Shown: positions 1-9,064 of the stretch, piece by piece
Layout: every line of letters starts with the position of its first letter
Position numbering within the stretch: position 1 is the stretch's first letter
Assembly (NCBI RefSeq): GCF_006345805.1
Contig: NW_021825389.1
Span: 1 to 15,991 of the forward strand
Direction: 5' to 3'
Length of the DNA: 15,991 bases
From: Octopus sinensis
Lineage: Eukaryota
Notes under the pieces: generated by a model
What the model was told of the DNA's origin: nothing
Seen by the model: the letters and a program-made list of their open reading frames with translations, nothing else
Databases searched by the model: none
Position numbers and translations under genes: made by a program

Positions 1-289
1 TATCTATTGTATCTATCTTATGTGTTTTAATTAACACCAACGCAAGTCTTCACAATGATGAGTAGATAACAAATCACCACCACCACCACTACCGCCGCCT
101 CCGCCACAATAACGACACAAACGATGGAAAGAGGTTCTAACCCCACAGCAACACCGAAAATTTTGCCGACTGTCGAAATGAAAGATAACATTGGACAAAA
201 ATATAGCGCACAATATGCTAAAAAATGGGATGGCCACGACAGGAAAGACCTTATCCTTAGGTGTACTTGTTCAAGGAGTAGATTAGGAT

Positions 290-410
290 CCGAACAACCA
301 CTACCGTCAAACGAAAATCGTACAGCAAATTTTTTCCAAGATGGCTGCTACCGAACAACCACCACTATCAAACGAAAATCGTACAGCGATTTTTTCCAAG
401 ATGGCTGCTA
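290..410 (+). repeat. Tandem duplication, two copies of a ~60-bp unit
   Basis: Copy 1 (290-350) ccgaacaaccactaccgtcaaacgaaaatcgtacagcaaattttttccaagatggctgcta; copy 2 (351-410) ccgaacaaccaccactatcaaacgaaaatcgtacagcgattttttccaagatggctgcta. A few substitutions and one indel. Confidence 0.95.
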
Positions 411-557
411 TGAATTTAACCACTGCGCTTGCGTAGTTGACCTACAATGAAAATACACTATAGCCATGGCTATCTCTTTTATTCTGCAAAGCACAGTCTA
501 CCTATATCAGACCATCAGCTACTGTGACTTTTCCTCCATTATCAAGCCTATTAAAAC

Positions 558-773
558 CTTGTAGAATTGAGAGCTCGACGGACAAATTGCTCGGCGACAT
601 TTGCTCCGGTTTTACTGTTCGGAGCAGAAATGCTGCCGAGATGGATTTAACAGTTTGCTCTTATGGTAGTCGATAAAACACGAATCAGTCGAACACTGGG
701 GCTGATGTAATTAACTAGCGCTCTCTCATCCAATCTTCCAGATGGTGTGGTGGTTGTAATAGAAAGGATTATT
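558..773 (+). mobile_element. Old, diverged family-B SINE monomer
   Basis: Collinear with the reverse complement of 11606-11822 and with 11016-11183: gtcgataaaa..cagtcgaacactggggctgatgtaattaactag.. ending tagaaaggattatt. Confidence 0.7.
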
Positions 774-963
774 AAAGCCTTCATCAAGATACTAGAAGAG
801 TGATAATATGAAAGGAGGTTTAGCCGCTAACTCTAGCAAAGTAGAGACGTAGAGAAATTAATGGCTAGTATCTTGCAATGAACCAAGAAACCATCAAAAG
901 TTGATTCATAAATTCAATTAAAAAGGGGGAAAACAAAATATGGTTCATCACGAGGTGACAGGA

Positions 964-1124
964 ATTATTCTTTCTACTTTAGTTACAATGCCAGAAATTT
1001 TAGGGAAGAAGGACTAACTAGTCGATTACATCGATCCTAGTGCTTAACTGATATGTACTTCTTTTATTGACCCTCCAAAAGGATGAAAGTCAAGGTCAAC
1101 CAACCTCGGCGGGATTTGAACTCA
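964..1124 (-). mobile_element. 5'-truncated family-B SINE
   Basis: tttctac..agtcgattacatcga..ggatgaaag..cctcggcgggatttgaactca matches 11606-11750 and 12135-12229 in the same orientation. Confidence 0.85.
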
Positions 1125-1289
1125 CATTCGATCAAACATACCCTCCTTTCTTTCTCCAGCAGTCGCCTTCTCTCACACACACCACCCGGGCCTCTTTTAT
1201 GAATACTTGTACGCTTTCATGATACTTTCTCAGTTACCTCTTGTAAAGAGTTTTGAGAATATTCTCTTAATATTCCACTTCGGTCATTG

Positions 1290-1325
1290 TATGTATATAT
1301 ATTATAAATATATATATAGATATAT

Positions 1326-1356
<31 letters not shown>

Positions 1357-1408
1357 TGTGTGTTGTGTGTGTGTGTGTGTGTGTGTGTATATACACACAC
1401 ACACACAT
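1290..1408. repeat. Compound (TA)n-(TG)n-(CA)n microsatellite
   Basis: Directly visible. Confidence 0.95.
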
Positions 1409-1534
1409 GGATACATATATTAATTATTGTGAATCAACGAAATTTGATAGATTGGCAGATAATGGATTGACAATAACAGTGGTATATAAGATAGATATCA
1501 ACATAGCCATTATATATATATATATATATATTTT

Positions 1535-1717
1535 AATCCAAAGGGAAACAAAAAAAAAACAACAACAATGGAACAATTACAGTATTATTATAATAGGCGC
1601 TCAGGAAAAGGAAGCAGGGAGGAGGACGTTTCGAGCGGAGCTCTTCGTCGGAAACATAAAGAAGGAGGAGAGAGGAAAAGAAAGATCCCAGAGCGGGCAA
1701 CAGGGAAAGAGAAAAAA
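1535..1717 (-). mobile_element. Probable Penelope-like element pseudo-LTR fragment
   Basis: Contains GACGTTTCG..CTCTTCGTCGG, the reverse complement of a minimal hammerhead motif of the kind carried by Penelope-like retroelement termini, with purine-rich flanks. Family assignment and boundaries are from recalled pattern, not from a search. Confidence 0.55.
1625..1655 (-). ncRNA. Minimal type I hammerhead-ribozyme-like motif, variant and probably degenerate
   Basis: Minus strand reads GUUU-CCGACGA-A-GAGC-UCC-GCUC-GAAA-CGUC^. Core box CCGACGA (canonical CUGANGA), 4-bp stem II, GAAA, palindromic ACGU stem III and a GUC cleavage triplet. Stem I does not pair in this copy (GUUU versus CUCC). Confidence 0.55.
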
Positions 1718-1881
1718 GACCTTTACGTCCTATGCGCAGTATGTGAATATCTATCTACCTCTCCATCTCCCCACCCTTGGTGTGTGTTGTGTGTGTTATT
1801 CATATATACACAAAGGTGGGGAGATGGGAGATGGGAGAGGTAGATAGATATTCACATACATGCGCATAGGACGTAAAGGTC
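1718..1881. repeat. Long near-perfect inverted repeat (hairpin)
   Basis: Left arm from 1718 (gacctttacgtcctatgcgca-gtatgtgaatatctatctacctctcc..atctccccacc) pairs with the right arm ending at 1881: 21 bp perfect, 1-nt bulge, 26 bp perfect, short bulge, then a further ~11 bp. The loop is TG/TA-rich. Confidence 0.95.
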
Positions 1882-2114
1882 ACAAATAGAAAAAAAGGTA
1901 AGATAGAATTTTTGCTTTTTTTTTTTACAAGGCTTGTTACACAGAGATAATAAAGAAACTGTATAAGACAGAGAGTATAATGTTTCACTGTTGAGTAGTG
2001 GTGGCCATGATAAAGAACGAGATAGGAAAAGAAAAGAAAAACAGAGTGAAAGTAAAGATACGTACAGAGATCTGCCAAAACATTGTGAGGAGATGCACAC
2101 ACAGACACCAGTCT

Positions 2115-2226
2115 AATATATATTATATATATATAATATATATATATATAAATATCCATACATACGCACACTATATATATGTATATATGTATATGTATAT
2201 ATATGTATATGTTATATAAATATATG

Positions 2227-2257
<31 letters not shown>

Positions 2258-2282
2258 GCATTTAAATAGTGTGTGTGTGTCA
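2115..2282. repeat. Imperfect (TA)n/(CA)n/(TG)n low-complexity tract
   Basis: Directly visible. Confidence 0.9.
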
Positions 2283-2537
2283 ATGTGGTACATGGTAGGA
2301 CAAATAGATATAGCTTGATAGGCAAATAATCACACAGGTATAGAGATATACAGATAGACAAACAGACAGACAGTCAGACGGACGGACAGACAAACAGATA
2401 TAGTGAGGGAGGGATAGATAGATAAATAAAGATAGATGGATAGATGGATAATAAAGATTATATAGATTATATATATATAATATATATATATTATATATAT
2501 ATATATATATTATATATATATATACATATATATACTA

Positions 2538-2587
2538 TTTTTCGTTTCAGTCATTTGAGACCGTGGCCATGCTGGAACACCGCCTTT

Positions 2588-2588
<1 letters not shown>
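2538..2588 (-). mobile_element. Isolated 3' tail of a family-A SINE embedded in a (TA)n tract
   Basis: Reverse complement aaggcggtgttccagcatggccacggtctcaaatgactgaaacgaaaa matches the tails at 5034-5082 and 10811-10860; (TA)n on both sides (about 2460-2534 and 2589-2660). Confidence 0.85.
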
Positions 2589-2644
<56 letters not shown>

Positions 2645-2756
2645 CATAATATATATATATATGATGTAGATAGATAATAGATGATAGACAGACAGACAGA
2701 TACATAGATGACCTAGACAGATAGATAGTTAGATAGATAGATAGATACATAGAATA

Positions 2757-2840
<84 letters not shown>
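2757..2840 (+). repeat. Perfect (ATAG)21 tetranucleotide microsatellite inside a wider GATA/GACA-rich zone
   Basis: Directly visible; imperfect GATA/GACA units also at about 2340-2460 and 2665-2756. Confidence 0.97.
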
Positions 2841-3048
2841 TCAAACAGACAGTGTCCCTTGCAGCTAAACGAAAGGTATGAAAATGATATTTAATAATTA
2901 CGGTTGTTGGTAACTGTAGTTCTATAGAGAGAGCTGGCAGCTAGATGTGGATGCGGATGTATATGTGTGTGTGTGTATAGTATGTTGTGTGTTGTAAAAT
3001 TTGCGTTTTTTATAGTGTAGCTGACCGTGTGTATGTATGTATGTTAGT

Positions 3049-3088
<40 letters not shown>

Positions 3089-3189
3089 CGCAATTAGCTC
3101 TATGTATGAATAAATGTGTGTGTGTGTATGCGTATGTGTACTTAATAACTGTCTCTGACACTTCTTGCTGACGTCAGTCAACATAAAAC

Positions 3190-3925
3190 AAGCAACAACA
3201 ACAACAAACTCAAGTATGAAGTCTGTGGGTTTTTACAATCACCACCACCACCACCGCCCTCATCTCCATCACTATCACCATCCTCATCATCAGCAGCAGC
3301 AGCAGTAATGTCACGATCCTCCACCACCACAACCACCACTACTACCATCATCATCATTCATCATTTAATTATGATTATTATTATATGAATCGTCATAACC
3401 ATCAGCATCCCGCCATTTTCATCAACATCATCATCATCGTCATCGTCATGGTCATCGACATCGTCATCATCATCATCATCATCGCCGTCATTTCCTTTAT
3501 ACCTTCTGGCCAGACCAACCGCCAAACCGAACGCACCACCATCATCATTATTATAAACTGCCCCACCAACCCCACCACCCGTACCTGCTCTTGATCACTA
3601 GTACTTTCCACCACCACCACCACCACCCGTTGCTACAGCACTCTTTCTCTCTTACATACACACACACACTTACACGCAACACCTGATCTGTTCCGCTAAC
3701 TCCATCCAGCATCAACATCACTAACGCCGCCGTTATCGGCATCAACAGCAATTATTATCCGCCATCACTTTACACTACTTCCACCATCGCCGCCACCACC
3801 ACCACCACCGCCACCACCACCACAACAACTCAGTCTTTGATCTATCCTATTCTGCATCAGCAGCAGCACAGCACTATCTGCACCACCACCACCACCACCA
3901 CCACCACCACCACCGCCACCACCAA
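3190..3925 (+). repeat. Mosaic trinucleotide low-complexity region (CAA/CAC/CAT/CAG/CGC)
   Basis: Successive runs of CAC, CAT, CAG and CGC; stop codons or frame breaks leave no long ORF. Confidence 0.9.
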
Positions 3926-4019
3926 CAGAACACTGAAATTAAAATTCTATGAACGGAAGAACAAAGCCTCAAAGACAGGGCGATCATTTTGCTGACATTG
4001 TGGAATATTGCACAAACAC

Positions 4020-4059
<40 letters not shown>

Positions 4060-4430
4060 CACACACACACACACACACAAGCTATTATCTATACACATGA
4101 TATTGCACGCAGAAAGATTCATATACATAGAGACACCAGCTGAGACACGCACACGCACACGCACACAGCCACACACGCATACAGATACATATTATAGAGG
4201 ACACGTTTTGTATACGCAGATGTACACATTATACATCTTATAACACCGAAATGTAGAGCCGAGTTCATAAGCATCAACACAACTCTACACACTGTATAAA
4301 CATACACACGCGTATATAAATATATATATATATATACGATGTATAAATACGCACACGTATTTGCATGTATATATTATAAATATGTATGTGGATGTGCGCA
4401 TGCGTGTGCAGACAGTGCCTTCTCTCGGAT

Positions 4431-4503
4431 TTACACGGTAAATTGCTTCCTGAGCGAACGCGTAAATTGAAGCCGTGTAAAATGAGACAGATAGTTTTTA
4501 ATG
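4431..4503 (+). repeat. Direct repeat, copy 1 (~75 bp)
   Basis: ttacacggtaaattgcttcctgagcgaacgcgtaaattgaagccgtgtaaaatgagacagatagtttttaatg; second copy at 4777-4852. Confidence 0.95.
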
Positions 4504-4570
4504 ATGATTTGGTTGCTGTTATTATTATTATTATTATATATTATTATCATTATTATTATTATTATTACGT

Positions 4571-4776
4571 AGTGCCGGCGCCAGGTAGAAGCACCCGCGC
4601 CGGGTCACGCAAAAAGCACCCTGCATACCCTGTAAAATGGTTGGCGTTAGGAAGGGCACCCAGCCGTAGAAACTAAGCCAAACCAGACTGGAAACGTGGC
4701 GCAGCTCTCCAGCTCTCGTCAAGCCCATGTCAACATGGAAAACGGAAGTTAAATATTGAGGATAATGATTATGATG
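4571..4776 (+). mobile_element. Family-D short retroposon with a (GAT)n tail, possibly RTE-mobilised
   Basis: Two ~25-bp gYgccgg..aagcaccc units, then tggttggcgttaggaagggcacccagccgtagaaact..cccatg..catggaaaacggaagttaa and a degenerate (GAT)n tail; homologous to 14957-15095. Confidence 0.8.
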
Positions 4777-4852
4777 TTACACGGTAAATTCGCTCCCTGA
4801 GTTTAACGCGTAAATTGAAGCCGTGTAAAACGAGACAGATGGGCTTTTAATG
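4777..4852 (+). repeat. Direct repeat, copy 2 (~75 bp)
   Basis: ttacacggtaaattcgctccctgagtttaacgcgtaaattgaagccgtgtaaaacgagacagatgggcttttaatg; starts immediately after the family-D (GAT)n tail. Confidence 0.95.
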
Positions 4853-4877
4853 TTTGATGATCATCATCCTCATTATT

Positions 4878-4978
4878 AAGGCGGCGAGCTGGCAGGGTCG
4901 TCAGTACGCCGGAGGAAATGCTTGGCAGAAGCAATATTTCGCCCATCGCTACGTTGTTCTGAGTTCAAATTCCGCCGA
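4878..4978 (+). mobile_element. Family-B SINE head only (A-box-like TGGCAG.., B-box-like GAGTTCAAATTC)
   Basis: aaggcggcgagctggcag..gttctgagttcaaattccgccga matches the reverse complement of about 11732-11822 and stops at ccga (4975-4978). Confidence 0.9.
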
Positions 4979-5086
4979 TAGAATAAGTACTGGGCTTACA
5001 AAGAATAAGTCCCAGGGTCGATTTGCTCGACTAAAGGTGGTGCTCCAGCATGGCCGCAGTCAGATGACTGAAACAAGTAAAAGAGT
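4975..5086 (+). mobile_element. Family-A SINE, 3' part
   Basis: ccgatagaataagtac..gggtcgatttgctcgactaaagg..ctccagcatggccgcagtcagatgactgaaacaagtaaaagagt is highly similar to 10752-10861. Confidence 0.92.
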
Positions 5087-5422
5087 ATATATACATACTA
5101 TATATACACACACACACACGTATGCATATGTATATATATGTATGGTTATATATGTATATATATTGTTGTGGGGGTGTGTGTGTATGTATATACACGCACA
5201 CCTTTATCGTTAAAGGTGCGAAACTGAAGTGTACCGTTGGTCGATAACTGATGAAGAATTATTATGGAATTTGTCTCCCGTTTGTTTTTACATGCAGTAT
5301 ACGTTATGTTTGTTAATACATACATACACACACACACACACAACACACACACACATATGCAAGTGTGAACTTTAACATCAGCCGTGATCTCACTTCGACT
5401 TGACGATCGAAGTGAAATGAAA

Positions 5423-5427
<5 letters not shown>

Positions 5428-5484
<57 letters not shown>
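5428..5484 (+). repeat. Perfect (TAA)19 microsatellite
   Basis: Directly visible. Confidence 0.97.
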
Positions 5485-5486
<2 letters not shown>

Positions 5487-5670
5487 GTATGGACAGAGAA
5501 ATGAAATCGAAGCAACAAATAGAAGAATCGTATACTGAAGCGAAAACCGTGCAAATCCTAGCACTGTGTATAAACGAGGGGCAATTTGTGGTCGCGAGTA
5601 CACGCGCGTACTATCTCATCAGCAAAGAGAGAGAAATTTCGAAAATTATATTAAGAGATTGGATAAGGCA

Positions 5671-5690
5671 GGGTGGGGAGGGGTGGGGGG
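5671..5690 (+). other. Canonical G-quadruplex motif
   Basis: GGG-T-GGGG-A-GGGG-T-GGGGGG: four G-runs with 1-nt loops. Confidence 0.6.
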
Positions 5691-6503
5691 AGGTAAAGAA
5701 AGAAAGAATAAAAGAAAAAAAAAGAGACAAGAACGAAATTATGGAGTGGTGGTGTTAACATGTGACTAGATATTTATTATGAAGACGACAAAGAGTAAGA
5801 GAGAGAGAGGAAGAGAAGGAGAGGAAGAGGAGAAGGAGAGCAGGAGGAGGAATGAGGTAAAAAGCTTCAAGCGTGGTGACCGGATATTGACTTGTAAACA
5901 AACAATAGTTAATGAAAGATGGGGAGAGATGAGAGATGGCGAAGGAGCGAAGGGAAAACGGTGGGGGGACGGCGGAATGGAGAGGGCGGGGTGGTGGTGG
6001 TGGTGGTGGGGGAATGTGTTGTGACTGACATGAAATAACGGAAGGGAAAATCAATGTGAATATAAAAAAGTACATACAGACACACACATATATGCATATA
6101 TATGTACATAAATACACACATGCTTAATATGTATGTATACACATGTCTCTAAATACACACGCATATATATATATATATACTTAATGTACATAATAATATA
6201 TATATATATATATGTATCATACGCATGTATATATGTGTACATATGTTCAACATGTGCGTGTGTGTGTGCGTGTGTCTGTGTCAGTGTGTGTGTGTCTGTG
6301 TCAGTGTGTGTAGGAAATTTAGTGAGAATACACCACCACCACCACCACCACCGCCACCTTGCTCTAGTCACCGCCACGCCTCCTAACAAAATACACAACA
6401 CAAATAGAAAATAACTACAAATAAGTAAAGAATTCAAAGTATTGTTATACACACCATGGTAAAGATGAAAAGAGGAGCACATATTCAACAGACCATTTGA
6501 ACT

Positions 6504-6541
<38 letters not shown>

Positions 6542-7273
6542 CTGTACATGCTTACAGACCTATAGATTCATCTATCTATCTATCTATCTATCTCTATCTC
6601 TCTCTCTCACATATATATATATATATAAGAATGAATGTTTTTATATATAATGAACGTGAAATACAGGAAGGGACGAACACAGAACACAGACAAATCATTC
6701 GAAGCCTTCAATCTTCAGTCAGACACCGAATCATCATAGCAAATTTCGGCTGTTCAATTCTGATATTTGCTCCAACTCGGCCAGCCCCAAGAAAAAAAAC
6801 TAAGCTGTAAGCATTAGATTTCTTGGTAGAAGACAGGAATGTGAACGCACAAGACGGATGTGAATACAAGAGACGAAAACGAAATTGAAAACAGTAATGA
6901 ATAAACAAAATAATATAACGGTGGTTGTCATACGACTTTAGACCAAATGAGACAAAAACAACAACAACATATATATATATATATATAATATATATATATA
7001 TATATACATATATATATAATGTACACAACCACCCATATTAAATATGGCTAAGCTGTTTGGCGGGAGTCTATAAACATATGGAAGCATATAACAGACACTA
7101 ACTATTGTATCTGTCTGTCTGCCTTACACACACACACACACACACACCACAATATATATATAATGTACATATACATAAATATGCATATACACACACACAC
7201 ACATATAGCCTACAAAACTGCCGGTTTGCGATAGGAAGGTAGGATATGTTTTGTTGTAAAATACATATTTAAA

Positions 7274-7275
<2 letters not shown>

Positions 7276-7338
<63 letters not shown>
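7276..7338. repeat. (TA)n-(GA)n compound microsatellite
   Basis: Directly visible. Confidence 0.95.
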
Positions 7339-7341
<3 letters not shown>

Positions 7342-7848
7342 GCACAGAAGGAGACTAAGGGGAAATTCAGGTCAGACTGGGTCATGTCGCGACTGTTTTA
7401 AGAAGTAAAAAAAAAATATATATATATTCTCCGTTTTGTCTCCATACCGCCTCTCCTTCCCTTCCCGCAAATTCCATGCTTGGAAGCAGCACCAGCAATC
7501 ACCCTAGCTACCCAGCTATCATCCATCCGTTTAACCACTCACTAATTCCAGCTACCCATCTATATATATACTATCTAATGCTAAAACACGCCATCCCTAG
7601 CGACCTTTAAGCATCAGCAAAGCTCACCTTCTCCCCTGTTAAAGGAAGCGAGGCGTTTAAATAGCGTACTAATATTGACTGACTTGGCCACTCATGCATG
7701 CAACTTGGAACTGAGGTGTAGTAGTAGTGTAGTAGTAGTAGTAGTGGTGGTGGTGGTAATTCTTAAATCTCTACATAACTTAAAACTGCCAAAATTCAAG
7801 TGTAGTTTGTGGATTTTCTCGAATTAATTAATTATTCAGTTGTTACAG

Positions 7849-7910
7849 CTGAGAGGGGAGCGAGAGAAAGAGAGAGAGAGAGGGAAAAGAGGAGGAGGAG
7901 ATGCCGTTAG
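7849..7910 (+). other. Candidate short exon (speculative)
   Basis: ttgttacAG| at 7848 (or initiator-like TCAGTT at 7836-7841), a purine-rich body, then ATG CCG TTA G and a consensus donor GTAAGT at 7911-7916. Confidence 0.2.
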
Positions 7911-8741
7911 GTAAGTGTGCGAGAAAGAGAGCGAGAAATTTCAGAGTAGTAGTCGTGGTGATGGTGGTTGTGGCTGGTTGCCAATTTATCCCAACATCCC
8001 AACAACCAGCCTTACAACATACCATGAACTAGAGAGATAGAGAAGAGAGTGAGATACGGAGAGAGATGAGAAGATAGAGAGATGAAGAGAAAGAGAGCGC
8101 GAGAGAAGCTTTATTTACGAAGACTACGGTTTAACCGACGTATACACAAAGAGACACATGCACACACTCGTTCATTCACTCACAGACACACACAGGTGCT
8201 ATTAACGAAGCCAATTTCCATTGTTCTGATGAATAATAATAATAATAATATAATACTTCCAATATAACAAGGAACGAAAAACAAAAACAAAAAAAAACAC
8301 GATCTTTCTATGTCGGTTTCTCATACTTGTCAAGACCTGTGGTGGTTAATAATAAGTCAACAGGGGCTTAAAAAGGGTTACTTCCTCTGGCCTCCCCTTG
8401 CAACCGAGTCACCGTCATCAACACACCGAGAAGAGGAAGAAAAGGAAAGACATAAAAGGGAGAGAGAGAGAGAGAGAGAAAAAAGAGAGAGAGTGTGTGT
8501 GCGACATTTGGACTGATGAGCATGCACACCTTCGTTTGAAACACCGCAATTAAAATTATGACGAATTGATAGTATATCGTTTCATTGCTAATGTCGTATC
8601 ATAGAACTTGTCTATAGATTTGGTTGGCAACCGGCATTGGACCACCTAGATATTTCATTTGCCTTCAACGAGGACTTTTCGCAATCCTTAAACCGTGGGC
8701 TTGGTTTCCATATGACACAAACAAATTCACCACATAAGAAA

Positions 8742-9064
8742 AGGTGTGGCTGTGTGGTAAAAAAGCTTGTTTACCAGCCACGTGGTTCCGGGTTCAGTCC
8801 TACTGCGTGGTACTTTTGGGTAAGCGACTTCTTCTATAACCTTAAAACAACAAAAGCTTTGCGAGTGGATTTGGTAACTGAAAGAAGCCACTTGTATAAT
8901 AATATATACGACTGACTTCATAACCGGTGTTGGTGTGTTTACGACTTTACAACTTAGCACCAAGCTTTAAAAATATAATACTGAGGTTTAGTCATTCGAC
9001 TAAAAATTCTTCAAGATGAGGTGCCCCAGCCAAATGACTGCAACAAGTAAAAAAAAAAAAAAAA
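8742..9064 (+). mobile_element. Diverged family-A tRNA-derived SINE with internal deletions and an A-run at the end
   Basis: tggctgtgtggtaa (A box), ggttcagtcc (B box), gagtggatttggta, ggtgttggtgtgttta, tail aaatgactgcaacaagtaaaa; collinear with 10467-10870. Confidence 0.85.

Noticed and set aside
176-296. Possible old retroposon 3' end (ttggaca..tgggatggccacgac..aacaacca)
   Set aside because: Only a vague recalled resemblance, with no second copy in the window to verify it.
124-450. 108-aa ORF with a repeated FFQDGCY peptide
   Set aside because: The repeat comes from the 60-bp DNA duplication, whose 5' halves are read in different frames; no sign of coding constraint.
4431-4852. Direct repeats read as CRISPR repeats or LTRs
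   Set aside because: Only two copies, eukaryotic context, no cas genes, no TG..CA ends or primer-binding site; the insert has a non-LTR-type tail.
5390-5415. 9-bp hairpin tcacttcga/tcgaagtga
   Set aside because: Short and isolated; compatible with chance and has no supporting context.
8513-8545. CTGATGAG..GAAAC, resembling a second hammerhead core
   Set aside because: No stem II can form between the two boxes, and no stem III or cleavage triplet fits.
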